From a virus, in IMG/VR virus record IMGVR_UViG_3300023184_009676, positions 33,276 through 97,275 of that record: 64,000 nt of DNA; one strand, 5' to 3'. The notes below the pieces were generated by a model that worked only from the letters and a program-made list of their open reading frames with translations, had not been told where the DNA came from and searched no databases. Made by a program: the position numbers and the translations under genes. Shown here piece by piece: positions 21,732-31,592 of this stretch. Positions within the stretch are counted from its first letter, which is position 1; each line of letters starts with the position of its first letter.

Positions 21732-24700
21732 ATGAGTATCAATAGTCAATTATTTGGTTTGGCATCTTCCGTCGTTTATATAAGAGAGGGAGGCAGTGCC
21801 ACGGCTAAAAATATTATACAAGCCATGAGTAATGCCTTTGGCGGAACTAATGACGATGGGACATATGCGTATAATTTGTTTCAAGCTGATACGGGTATAC
21901 TTTACACAAATGGCTTTGATTTGTCATATGCAAGTTATGCTAATCTTGAAAATACCGTTTCTCCATTTGTCGGTAACGTTCCAGTTTTAAGTGTGGGGGT
22001 GTCTGCTCTGACTTATGGATATGGAAACTATTATTCTATTGGCGAATCTAAAATAGTAAATTATATAAATAAATTTAATGCAGCAATGGGGTATTCTAAT
22101 ATTTCCATTACAGAATCAAATTTTGATAGTATTTTTTCAAGTTTGTCTTTGCATGGAATTAATAATGATGTAATAAATTCTCCAGACGCCGCAAATCCTC
22201 TTGGTAAAAATGTTAATTATAATTGGTATGATTCTTCTGTTTTATTTGGTTTAGATAAATCTACAACGCACACTAATGTCATCAAAGACATAGAAAATCA
22301 ATATTATTATCTTACGGGAAAACTAATTTATGATCCTATTCCTGGAGATTTGGTAAAATGTATCTCTTCTGGAGCTTTGATAAATACTTCAAGTGGGGTA
22401 ATTTCTATTAATTATATCTTGAATCAACCCTGCTACGATGCAGATTCTTATGTTGGTCCAGTTTCTGGAATTAATTTTTATAGAACATTTAATGATGGGC
22501 CAGGAACCTCTGGTTATTTTGATGATGCTGTTGCACAAGAATACGCGAATTTTGACAAAGCTATTTTAGCAAAAGAAGATTATTCTTCAAATAATAGAGC
22601 CTTGTATTCTTATCAAACCGACCAAAGCGGCAACTATTTATTTTTAAAATCTGGAGTAAACATTGATGTTCCTGGCGTATTTAATCAATCGGAGGAATAT
22701 GGCGCAGGACACACCAACAAGATATCGGTTGGACAATATTGTTCTTTTACTGGCTACTATGCGGAAGGCGTGCCATTAATGAGAATGCATCAGGGAGATA
22801 ATCAATTAAAATGGAACGTCCAAAAGAGTTACGTTGGAGACTATCCTAATGGTATTTGTGTCATTACTAGTTCTTTAAAGAATTGGACTGGTTGGAAATT
22901 AGTTGATTTTGAATTAGACGAAAGTCAATCTGTATATTTTGAAAATGTTTTAACTAATCCAGACGCCAATTTAAAAAGATTTTTAAAAAGATGCTTAAGT
23001 TTAACTAATTCAAAAGATTCTCATGGTGACCCCATAACTCCTTATAGTTTGGTATATGAATATGATACTGGGGTATTGGCTTGCTATGGGCCTTATAATG
23101 CTCCCACTGACGAATTGGGTCACCTTATCCCAACCTACGTTGGTCCTCCTCAATTAAATGGATCTGCTGATTTACCTGGGCTTGCCTTTTATCAGACTTT
23201 TGATAATTCAAATTTTCCAGATTCGGGCGGAGAATATATTACAATTAATATTCGCCCAGTAATATCTAGTTCGTCTGCGGGGTCAATAAATGGAGATTCT
23301 ACAAGGACTTTTTCTTCTAGCGTATCGACCTCCACTCTTTTTTCTTTGTCTGGTTCTTCTCACGCAGGTTTAAATGCTGCGAAATTAAATTTTAGTAAAA
23401 AAATTGATTCTTCGGGCCTCTCTGGTTACGACGATATATTTAAAAAATGTTTATCTATTGGTGATAATTTTCAAAATTCTATTTCTGGCACCTTATATCC
23501 ACAATCAAACGCTGGATTTAATTACTCTGGAGGAGTGTATTTTTCTGGAAATGAAGCCATATATCCTCAAGATTTGTTGCATTTATCCAAGCTTATTGGG
23601 TCAGAATATTCTGGCGTAATGTTTTTGACTGGCTTCCAAAATATAAATGATAATTCTGTATCATTAGTAAATAGATATGATTCCCAATTCTATACTGGTA
23701 ATGTTTCTAATGGGGTCAAAACCACTGGAGAAAATATAGGGTATTATTATTTTCAAGACACAATCTTGGGGGCATCAAACGCGGGATGGGAAAATTTTGC
23801 TCCAATTCCTCCTGATGTTCAAAATGATGCTGATTATTTACCTTATTTCTCGGGAATCTATTCTGGAATTTCTTTAACTAGTAAAGTGGAGAACTATCTA
23901 CCAAGATATTATTCTGGACCATATAGAAGCTATTCCATAAAATTTTTATATCCAAATGCTTCTGGCGCAACAGCGGCGTATAATTCTAAATTAAATGGTT
24001 TTCCATATAAAATTACGTATTCCATGACGATTAAGGAGGAGTCTGCGAGAGAACTATATTGCTTGTCTGGGCTTTATAGCAGCACTCAAAATTTATACCC
24101 AATTAGAGCTAATTCTTTTGGAGGAATATCCGCATTAAATGAATTAATGCCAACCATGTTTTTAAGTCCTTATACATATAATTTTGAAGCAAATAAAACT
24201 ATTTATCCAGACTCTGGTCAATTCAGTAATTCTGCTTATTTTAATGGATTTGTTAATGGTTTTTACGTACCCAATTTTAGAAATAATCTTAGTGACCCTT
24301 ATTATGCACCAAATTATTGCACTCAATCTTTTTTAAATAGCAATACGTATCAAGACTCTTGCTCTTTTGTAAATGGAATTAAAACTACTGGAAAAGTTAA
24401 TTATAAAGTCATTTATACAGGCGGAGGATTAACTAATAAAGTTGGTTTCATTGAGCCTGCGCTAGATTCTACCTTGTTTTGGAATTATTCATCTAATAAA
24501 ATAACTGGCGAAGCTTTTTATACTCCTCCAGTTTTTGATTTATCAACTTATAAAATCAATCCCCCTCAAAGTTTTTTGGATGCGACTGTGAATAAATTGT
24601 TTGGTAAAAAAACTGATCCAACTTTTTCAAATAATGGCCTTGTAAGAACTGGTATTTTGGTTGATGGTTTTGACCCAATTTTTTATGAATACGTCGGGGG

Positions 24701-26531
24701 AAGAATAGGCTCTGGAGCAAATAATGAAGGCGGATATCATAGTAAAAATATTATCGGTGATCAATGGCTGGACTTTTATGTAAAAAATTGGGGAGTTTAC
24801 GCTGCTCCAAATTGTCCCAATTATGGAACTCACGAAGAACGTCTTGCTAAGAATGATAATTATTTGATACTTTCATCATTTACAAGCGGCGCGCTTAATA
24901 TTTATGCCCGAGGATTAAACTATTATCCTTATTTTAGTAATTGGACTTATAGCAAAATGAATGGTCTGGGAAATATAGGAGTTGCAACCAAGCAAATTAA
25001 TTTAGTTAGTGAATCTTATTATAATTTTGATTTAAAAAATATATTTCCTACTAAGACTGTCCCTTTAAGTGGCGATTTCTATTTTTCTGGGGGTTTTAAT
25101 ATTGGCCCCTTCCCTCAAGACGTTGAGCTTTGCGTTTCTGGAACAGACTCTATAATTCCTAGTGGCTATCTTTTTGTAGATGGGGAACAAATGACTTTTG
25201 ATTATCTTGGCAACTGTCCAATAAATAATATGGAAAACTTTGTTCCTAATTCTGGAATTATCCTAGGCCAAGCAGGAAGGGGCTCTCTTTTAACTACTTT
25301 TAAATTGATTCCTTCTGGTTCATATGTAAATTTAAATGTCAAAAGTTTTACTTCTATTGGATCTGGATTAGTTGGATTTACTGGAGCTTCAACTGTAACT
25401 ATTCGCCCAAGGACTTTATTGGGGGCGGTTAACGTTGATAATTATGATGATTATGGATATCCATTCATTTCTGGAGACTATAGGGCCAATATGGATTCTT
25501 CTAATTATATAAATAATGGCTCAGAAAGTCTTTTTTCAATAAGTCTTAATCAATTTACGGATTTGATTGGTCAAACTATATCAAAGCAGACCCCCGTACT
25601 CTCAGAAATCATTTTCCCTATTCCTGGTTCTGATTTCATTCCTTATTTGAGTGGATTGGGTCTAGTTAGATCTGATGCAAATGGCAACTATGTATTTACT
25701 ACTACAAACGGACCCACTTATGATTATTGGATAAATAAAAATCCTTATGCTCTTTTTACTGGCGTTAGAGAATCTACAAGGCTTTCAGTTAAGATTGAAG
25801 ATATCTCCATGGATTATTCTGCTATACCATATCAAAATTATAAAAATATCGTTGTATCTGGTGGATGTACAATAAGTGGAGAATTTTCTTATACTGGACA
25901 AGCAGAGAGCGCAATAATTTCCCAAGGTATAGTTTTGTCTGGATGGACTGGAAGCGGATATTCTGCCGCCGTATTAAAAGATCTTTCCGCCCCAATCTAT
26001 GTGTCTGATATATTGAGTCGTCTTCCTGGAAATTCAATTCCTTCTGGACAAGGTATAAATTATCTTTTGGAGGCCCCTTCTTTGATGAAAAAGAGAAAGA
26101 ACTTTTTTAGAATTACTGGAGGCGATACTTATATTGATGCCGCACCACCAGACGTAACTAATTATAATAAATTTGCTTGGCCAGCCTTGAGCGATTTAGC
26201 GACATTAAATCCAAAAATAGTTTACGAAGAACTTCCTCCAGAAGATGGATTTATATTTCCCACGGACAATTTGATATTTAGCGCCTCTCAAGGTCAAACT
26301 ATTTTGACGGGTGCGACATCTGGGACGAAATTTAATCCAATAGAAAATGTCACTTATCAAGCGATTTTGAACTACGCTTTCCTAGATAGTACCGCAACCA
26401 ATTCATTATATAATTCTGGTAAATGTATTTTCCCATTTGCAGAAGGGTCTAATATAATAAACAGCGGTAATTTGACTGGAGTCCTTGTTAACGAAGGTAC
26501 TCCATTGGCAGTCTATGTGAATTTTGTATAA
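21732..26531 (+). CDS. Very large putative virion protein (1599 aa), SG/TG-rich
   Basis: Composition matches the other structural ORFs; GTATAA variant motif at 21719. Confidence 0.45.
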   Translation: MSINSQLFGLASSVVYIREGGSATAKNIIQAMSNAFGGTNDDGTYAYNLFQADTGILYTNGFDLSYASYANLENTVSPFVGNVPVLSVGVSALTYGYGNYYSIGESKIVNYINKFNAAMGYSNISITESNFDSIFSSLSLHGINNDVINSPDAANPLGKNVNYNWYDSSVLFGLDKSTTHTNVIKDIENQYYYLTGKLIYDPIPGDLVKCISSGALINTSSGVISINYILNQPCYDADSYVGPVSGINFYRTFNDGPGTSGYFDDAVAQEYANFDKAILAKEDYSSNNRALYSYQTDQSGNYLFLKSGVNIDVPGVFNQSEEYGAGHTNKISVGQYCSFTGYYAEGVPLMRMHQGDNQLKWNVQKSYVGDYPNGICVITSSLKNWTGWKLVDFELDESQSVYFENVLTNPDANLKRFLKRCLSLTNSKDSHGDPITPYSLVYEYDTGVLACYGPYNAPTDELGHLIPTYVGPPQLNGSADLPGLAFYQTFDNSNFPDSGGEYITINIRPVISSSSAGSINGDSTRTFSSSVSTSTLFSLSGSSHAGLNAAKLNFSKKIDSSGLSGYDDIFKKCLSIGDNFQNSISGTLYPQSNAGFNYSGGVYFSGNEAIYPQDLLHLSKLIGSEYSGVMFLTGFQNINDNSVSLVNRYDSQFYTGNVSNGVKTTGENIGYYYFQDTILGASNAGWENFAPIPPDVQNDADYLPYFSGIYSGISLTSKVENYLPRYYSGPYRSYSIKFLYPNASGATAAYNSKLNGFPYKITYSMTIKEESARELYCLSGLYSSTQNLYPIRANSFGGISALNELMPTMFLSPYTYNFEANKTIYPDSGQFSNSAYFNGFVNGFYVPNFRNNLSDPYYAPNYCTQSFLNSNTYQDSCSFVNGIKTTGKVNYKVIYTGGGLTNKVGFIEPALDSTLFWNYSSNKITGEAFYTPPVFDLSTYKINPPQSFLDATVNKLFGKKTDPTFSNNGLVRTGILVDGFDPIFYEYVGGRIGSGANNEGGYHSKNIIGDQWLDFYVKNWGVYAAPNCPNYGTHEERLAKNDNYLILSSFTSGALNIYARGLNYYPYFSNWTYSKMNGLGNIGVATKQINLVSESYYNFDLKNIFPTKTVPLSGDFYFSGGFNIGPFPQDVELCVSGTDSIIPSGYLFVDGEQMTFDYLGNCPINNMENFVPNSGIILGQAGRGSLLTTFKLIPSGSYVNLNVKSFTSIGSGLVGFTGASTVTIRPRTLLGAVNVDNYDDYGYPFISGDYRANMDSSNYINNGSESLFSISLNQFTDLIGQTISKQTPVLSEIIFPIPGSDFIPYLSGLGLVRSDANGNYVFTTTNGPTYDYWINKNPYALFTGVRESTRLSVKIEDISMDYSAIPYQNYKNIVVSGGCTISGEFSYTGQAESAIISQGIVLSGWTGSGYSAAVLKDLSAPIYVSDILSRLPGNSIPSGQGINYLLEAPSLMKKRKNFFRITGGDTYIDAAPPDVTNYNKFAWPALSDLATLNPKIVYEELPPEDGFIFPTDNLIFSASQGQTILTGATSGTKFNPIENVTYQAILNYAFLDSTATNSLYNSGKCIFPFAEGSNIINSGNLTGVLVNEGTPLAVYVNFV

Positions 26532-26532
26532 C

Positions 26533-29094
26533 TCAGGATTCTTTCAGTTCCGCGAGCTTACTATAAATTTTATTTTGCTGTGTGGCTATGATGTCTGCGA
26601 ATACGCAATCATCTTCCATTTTTGTGCCGCATACAATAACAATGTCCCCTTCTTTTGGCATACCATTATTTAAAGACTTGCATTGCTCAAGTTTATCTTT
26701 AAAAATCATCACCTTCAAGCTTCCTGTTTCGTCGCTAATTTGAAATCTGCCATAAGCATTTCCATTTTTCGTTTTTCCCGTCTTTGGCGACTCTTCTAAT
26801 ATTCCAATAAAATCGCACTTTGTTTTTTCTCCATATCCTTGAATATCCGCAATAGATTCAAGTGTCTCTTTTTTTGAAATGAATATATCAATCAATTTTT
26901 TACCATGAGTATATCCAATCAACTTGTTCTCATACCACCAATTTGCAAAATCCATACATCCTTTATTCTGCAAATAAATTAATTTATATTTTTCAGAATG
27001 CTTTTTTATGGTTTCAAATCTGGAAGCCTTGATAAGGTTTTTGCCTTTTTCGTCTTTAATCGTTTCTACAAGAGCTTTAACTGTTTTAGATACGCTATCT
27101 TCATAATTTCTGGCATAATTAATAACATGCCTCTTCTCTTTATCGGTCAAAATATTCCAAAGTTGAGCTTCATAAACCAGTAATGGGCGATTATTAGATA
27201 AACTATCAAGTGTCCCCGCCTGAATGAGCGCAGAAAGAACTCCTATTCCAAGACCAGCCTCCTTAGAAGATTCAAAAAGTTCGAATTTATTAGAGTGACG
27301 TCTTTTAAAGTTGTTAAACTTTTCAATTGTTTTTTCACTTACTCCTCTAATAGAAGACAAGCCAAATCGAATATTCTTATCTTCAATAGAAAAGTCAACT
27401 TCAGAAAGGGTTAAGCTAGGAGGCAGCAACTCTACTTTTAAGGCATTCATTTCTTTGTGAATTTTGGATATCTCGCCAATGGGGTCGGGTTCATGCCTAG
27501 TCATTTTCAATAATGACAAATAGAACTGAGTGGGATGATTAAACTTCAAATAGACTGTCTGCGCGCATAGGACAGAATAAGAAAAGCTATGAGATTTATT
27601 AAATTGATAGCCGCCAGAGTCTTCAACGATTTTCCAGAAGACTTCTCCCACTTCTTTTGGAAGGTTATTTTCTTTAACTTTTTCTTCAATCTTGGCTTTC
27701 CAAGTCTTGATTTCTTCGATTTTCTTTTTACCAATGCATCGACGAATCTGTTCTGATTCATCCAGAGTAAATCCAATTTTATTAGCCATTTTCATAGCCT
27801 GCTCTTGATAAAGACACAATCCACCAGTTTCACGCAATACATCGTCAAAAAATGGGTGAATTGAATCTACCGTTCCAGTATTGGAATAATTAGCAAAATT
27901 ATCGGCAAACTGCAAAGCTCCTGGTCGAGCAATTGCCAATACAGCACTAATTTCAGACAAACTCTTTGGTTTAACCTTTTTTGCAACCTTAAAGTTAGTC
28001 TCCGCTTCAATTTGGAATAGTCCATGAGGATGTTTTAAATCCTGCAAATGCAAATAAATAGATTCATCATTGACATTGATATCTTGAGGTTTAATACCCA
28101 AAGATTTACAGCAATCATCAATTACAGATACGCTTCTTAAACCAAGTGCGTCCAGCTTTACTGCAAATTCTGCGACCCAGCCCATGTCATAGCTAGAAAC
28201 CTCTTCTTTGTCAGAAGAAAGTTCTGTTGGACAACAATCCTCCAATTTATCAAAAGAAATAAGAATTCCAGAAGGATGCACTCCCTTGTTTTTAATTAAA
28301 TCTTTTAATTTTAAGGCGGTATCATAAATCAAAGAGTTGCTCCTGCACCATTCCTGAAATTCTGGCGAAGTCTCATACGCCTCTTTCATATCCATGATGA
28401 CTCCATGATTCTTTGGAATAAAACCTGTGACCATAGTCATTTCTTCTTCTGGTTTCATGCCCAAGACTTTGCCAACTTCTTTAATGCAAAGCTTTGCAGA
28501 AAGAGTATTCAAAGTAAGAATTTTTGAAGTTTTACCTTTGTATTTTTGATTGATATAATCAATAACCTTTGAACGCTGATAATAATCAAAATCAATGTCC
28601 ACATCCATCAGAAGAGAACCTGCAAGATAAATAATTCCATCAATGACTGTCTTTTTTGAGCGAGTCTTTGAAATGAAGCGTTCAAAATATAATTCGTTTT
28701 TTAATGAATCAATTTTTGTTACACCAATGAGAAAAAGAACAAGGCTTCCTGCCGCAGAGCCTCGACCTGGACCAGTTGGAATATTTTGCTCTCTACAAAA
28801 GTTTACAACATCCCATACCAATAGAATATAATCAACAAGGCCAAGGTCATTAATTGTATCTAATTCGTATTTGACTCTTGTAGAATAGTCTTTGTATTCC
28901 TTTGAGCCTTTAGGATGCCCCAAAGCAAGAAAACCTTTTTTACAAAGAGAACGCAAAAAATCAAAATTAGAACAATCTTCGCCTAAACCTAAATCTTTTC
29001 TATGTCTTTCTTCAATCTTGATTTCTGGAAGACGAACTCCCTTGATTGGGCTTTCAATAGCGGAGAATTGACTGACAAAATCCAAAGTATTCAT
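26533..29094 (-). CDS. dnaE: DNA polymerase III alpha-like (C-family) catalytic subunit lacking the PHP domain
   Basis: GPGRGSAAGSLV, LYFERF, DVDIDF, GVHPSG, KLDALGLRS, GLFQIE, LYQEQ, YQFNKSH, IRFGLSSIRGV; C-terminal OB fold. Confidence 0.95.
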   Translation of the reverse strand: MNTLDFVSQFSAIESPIKGVRLPEIKIEERHRKDLGLGEDCSNFDFLRSLCKKGFLALGHPKGSKEYKDYSTRVKYELDTINDLGLVDYILLVWDVVNFCREQNIPTGPGRGSAAGSLVLFLIGVTKIDSLKNELYFERFISKTRSKKTVIDGIIYLAGSLLMDVDIDFDYYQRSKVIDYINQKYKGKTSKILTLNTLSAKLCIKEVGKVLGMKPEEEMTMVTGFIPKNHGVIMDMKEAYETSPEFQEWCRSNSLIYDTALKLKDLIKNKGVHPSGILISFDKLEDCCPTELSSDKEEVSSYDMGWVAEFAVKLDALGLRSVSVIDDCCKSLGIKPQDINVNDESIYLHLQDLKHPHGLFQIEAETNFKVAKKVKPKSLSEISAVLAIARPGALQFADNFANYSNTGTVDSIHPFFDDVLRETGGLCLYQEQAMKMANKIGFTLDESEQIRRCIGKKKIEEIKTWKAKIEEKVKENNLPKEVGEVFWKIVEDSGGYQFNKSHSFSYSVLCAQTVYLKFNHPTQFYLSLLKMTRHEPDPIGEISKIHKEMNALKVELLPPSLTLSEVDFSIEDKNIRFGLSSIRGVSEKTIEKFNNFKRRHSNKFELFESSKEAGLGIGVLSALIQAGTLDSLSNNRPLLVYEAQLWNILTDKEKRHVINYARNYEDSVSKTVKALVETIKDEKGKNLIKASRFETIKKHSEKYKLIYLQNKGCMDFANWWYENKLIGYTHGKKLIDIFISKKETLESIADIQGYGEKTKCDFIGILEESPKTGKTKNGNAYGRFQISDETGSLKVMIFKDKLEQCKSLNNGMPKEGDIVIVCGTKMEDDCVFADIIATQQNKIYSKLAELKES

Positions 29095-29735
29095 ATTTCT
29101 ATTTGATATTTTAGCTTATTCCAGACTTTGAGATTTAATTGCAAATCAACCAGTGCATTATGCAAGTTGTCATAGTCATGATCTATATTATACTCCTTAC
29201 CAAGAGAAGTCAAGTTTGTTTTGATGCCTTTTATATGTGCGTTCGCCATTGTATACTGATAATCCATCCAAACATCATCATTTGGTCGATAAGGGCGATT
29301 CATCTTGACTCCTTGTGCCACGGACTTTGTGTCAATTACTTTATTAAGGATAAACGACCAATCTTCACCCATGTATTCAAAATATCCTTTTAATAAATAA
29401 ATATCAAATCGCAGGCCATTATGCATAATGATTTTATCTGCCCATTTTAATGCTTCAAGAATTTTGGGAAACGCTTCGTCGGGCGTGACGCTATTCTTAT
29501 CAAAATGAGCTTGATTGAATTTCGTGACCATTGCTGCCCCCGCTCCTATTTTAAATTTACAATCATCCCATTTAATCAATGAATCTATTTCTTCAATGAT
29601 TTCTTCTCCCTCTACCTTTAGCACAGCAATTTGCCAAGGTCTATTTACCTGAAAATTTAAATTTAAATTAAATGTTTCGCAGTCAATAAGAGCAATCTTT
29701 GCTTTTTTATTAAATCTGATAAGATGTTCGTCCAT
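29091..29735 (-). CDS. DEDDh 3'-5' exonuclease (DnaQ/epsilon-like)
   Basis: ExoI 'IDCET', ExoII 'HNGLRFD', ExoIII 'HNALVD'. Confidence 0.9.
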   Translation of the reverse strand: MDEHLIRFNKKAKIALIDCETFNLNLNFQVNRPWQIAVLKVEGEEIIEEIDSLIKWDDCKFKIGAGAAMVTKFNQAHFDKNSVTPDEAFPKILEALKWADKIIMHNGLRFDIYLLKGYFEYMGEDWSFILNKVIDTKSVAQGVKMNRPYRPNDDVWMDYQYTMANAHIKGIKTNLTSLGKEYNIDHDYDNLHNALVDLQLNLKVWNKLKYQIEI

Positions 29736-29739
29736 AATA

Positions 29740-30501
29740 TTATTTGTTGTTTTCGATTAACCAGCGGTCATAATTAAATGAATCGCTACAAAGATGATTA
29801 AACTCTGGCTTTTCTATATTTGTTCTTTCTGAAATGCATCTAAAAGTGTTATAGGCAATAAAATCAAGTTTTGATTTATAATAAATGCTTTGCGCCTCAA
29901 GAGTTTCTAATTTATTATTTTTGCTATAGTCAATAGCTTTTTTCCTGAGCAGCCCATCAAATGGGATACCATTGTCTTCTAGAAGCATTATTGGCTTAAT
30001 TGCGCCAAACTCGGGAACATGAAAATGACCTTCGAAAGAATTTAAATGGAGAAAAGAATCGTAGAATGGGATAGCAAGACTCAAATCCTCAGACCACAAT
30101 CTATGAAGATTTTCAAAGTCTAGACAAGCATTATAGTAAAATCCTTCTTTTGCCGCAACACTCCATAGTTTAATTAAAGCTTGATAACCTTTATTGCTCT
30201 TGGCAAAGATAATGTATTTGGCTCGGTTCTTTAACGAGTCGCCGTTCTGATTTTTAATGTCTTTGGTGATCGAAATCCTTAAACCAAATATTAATTTAAG
30301 TTTATTCTCTGTGCATCGGGCAATCGCTTCTAAAAAAGAAGAGACATTATCCTCGACAAGACAAAGATGGTCTTGCTTGGAATGAAGAACTAAATCAATT
30401 ATAGAAACAGGATAATTTTCAATTGAACCCGATGATTTATCTAAAGTATTAATTGACTTTCCCAAAGAAAAGTGGCTTTTGTAACAAGCAAGTTTTTGCA
30501 T
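29740..30501 (-). CDS. Stand-alone PHP domain of Pol III alpha (degenerate metal site)
   Basis: 'KSHFSLGKS', 'LVEDN', 'KLIFGL', 'IIFAKSNKGYQALIKLWS', 'AQSIYYKSKLDFIAY..FRCI' align by eye with the DnaE N-terminus. Confidence 0.85.
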   Translation of the reverse strand: MQKLACYKSHFSLGKSINTLDKSSGSIENYPVSIIDLVLHSKQDHLCLVEDNVSSFLEAIARCTENKLKLIFGLRISITKDIKNQNGDSLKNRAKYIIFAKSNKGYQALIKLWSVAAKEGFYYNACLDFENLHRLWSEDLSLAIPFYDSFLHLNSFEGHFHVPEFGAIKPIMLLEDNGIPFDGLLRKKAIDYSKNNKLETLEAQSIYYKSKLDFIAYNTFRCISERTNIEKPEFNHLCSDSFNYDRWLIENNK

Positions 30502-30506
30502 ATGTT

Positions 30507-30537
30507 ATCATAGTGCCATTGGTTTAAAAAAAGTCAA
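30507..30537 (-). promoter_or_regulatory. sigma70-like promoter for the polymerase operon
   Basis: TTGACT with CACTAT (N16) or TATGAT (N19) upstream of 30501. Confidence 0.45.
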
Positions 30538-30539
30538 GC

Positions 30540-31592
30540 TTAAAAATCATCCAGTGCGTCTTTATATTTTTTTTCTACCTTTGTCTCTGGCAATTCGCCT
30601 ATTGCATTACAATATCTTGGACAACCTTTATAAACTGCTTCTTCTATGATTTGCCCTTCTTTGAGAATAATATCTTCTTTCTTTTTGTAAGACTTGATTT
30701 CTTTTCCATCTTTTTTAACAATATAATAAGTAAAGCCAAACTTGTAACTGCAATGCCACATGGGAGAGCCATCTTTTTTTAATTGACCAGGTTGTTTTGC
30801 AAATCCACACATGAGCTTCCCAGAAAAAGTTCCGTCTGTTGGCATTCCCTTATCTGCCGCCATATTGGAATAAGCTTGCTTTTCAGAAAAATTCTCTAAT
30901 CTATTCTGAATGGATTCAAGATAATATTCCGCGCCTTTTAATTGGTCTTCGTTAAATGATATTTCTACGATTGGGTCTTCTGGGAATTGTAAAAAGACAA
31001 ATCTAACTTTTGGGGTTAGCTCGGGCCATATTTTCTTACAGGCAATCGAATATATAATGCCCTGAAGATTAGAGTCAATATCCTCTCCTTCAAATTTCTT
31101 CTTTGAAGTTTTATAGTCATCAATGATAATCTCATTACCCTTTTTGGATGGGCGGTCAATAAATCCACGAATTAAATATCTGGGGGATTCATTTAAAATA
31201 TTAAACTCATATTCTGGTTTGATGAGTTTTGCGCCCTTAACATAAAAGTCCGCCTTCAATCCAACAAGAATCATTTGGTTAATATGGTCATAAACTTCTT
31301 TTGTATTTGGAAGCTTATACTTCTTGATTTTAGTTTTAATAAATCTGTTCACCGTGGGGCATCCAGAGATATGGTCTTGTTTAATTATTAATTTATATTT
31401 ATTTTTGTGCTTTGGTAGAATCAGCAACTCAAATAAATCATGGACAACGGAACCTTTTAATGCTCCATCGTTCGTGGAGTCAGGGACATTATTCTTATAC
31501 TTTTGAAAATATGTCCAGCTACAGCCCTCAAAAGTCTTTACTTTCGATGCGGAGATTGCCGTAAGTTCTAGTTTAGGTATTGCTTCTTCCAT
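30540..31592 (-). CDS. PD-(D/E)XK nuclease, RecB/AddB/Cas4-like exonuclease
   Basis: 'ISASKVKTFEGC', 'GSVVH', 'IRGFIDR', 'IDDYKTSK', 'QGIIY', C-terminal cysteines. Confidence 0.85.
   Translation of the reverse strand: MEEAIPKLELTAISASKVKTFEGCSWTYFQKYKNNVPDSTNDGALKGSVVHDLFELLILPKHKNKYKLIIKQDHISGCPTVNRFIKTKIKKYKLPNTKEVYDHINQMILVGLKADFYVKGAKLIKPEYEFNILNESPRYLIRGFIDRPSKKGNEIIIDDYKTSKKKFEGEDIDSNLQGIIYSIACKKIWPELTPKVRFVFLQFPEDPIVEISFNEDQLKGAEYYLESIQNRLENFSEKQAYSNMAADKGMPTDGTFSGKLMCGFAKQPGQLKKDGSPMWHCSYKFGFTYYIVKKDGKEIKSYKKKEDIILKEGQIIEEAVYKGCPRYCNAIGELPETKVEKKYKDALDDF

Noticed and set aside
26533-30501. Split-intein DnaE as in cyanobacteria
   Set aside because: Neither fragment carries intein N- or C-terminal motifs, and the split is at the PHP boundary.
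30540-31592. Cas4 / CRISPR system
   Set aside because: No repeat-spacer array or other cas genes in the window; the context is replication, so it is called a generic PD-(D/E)XK exonuclease.
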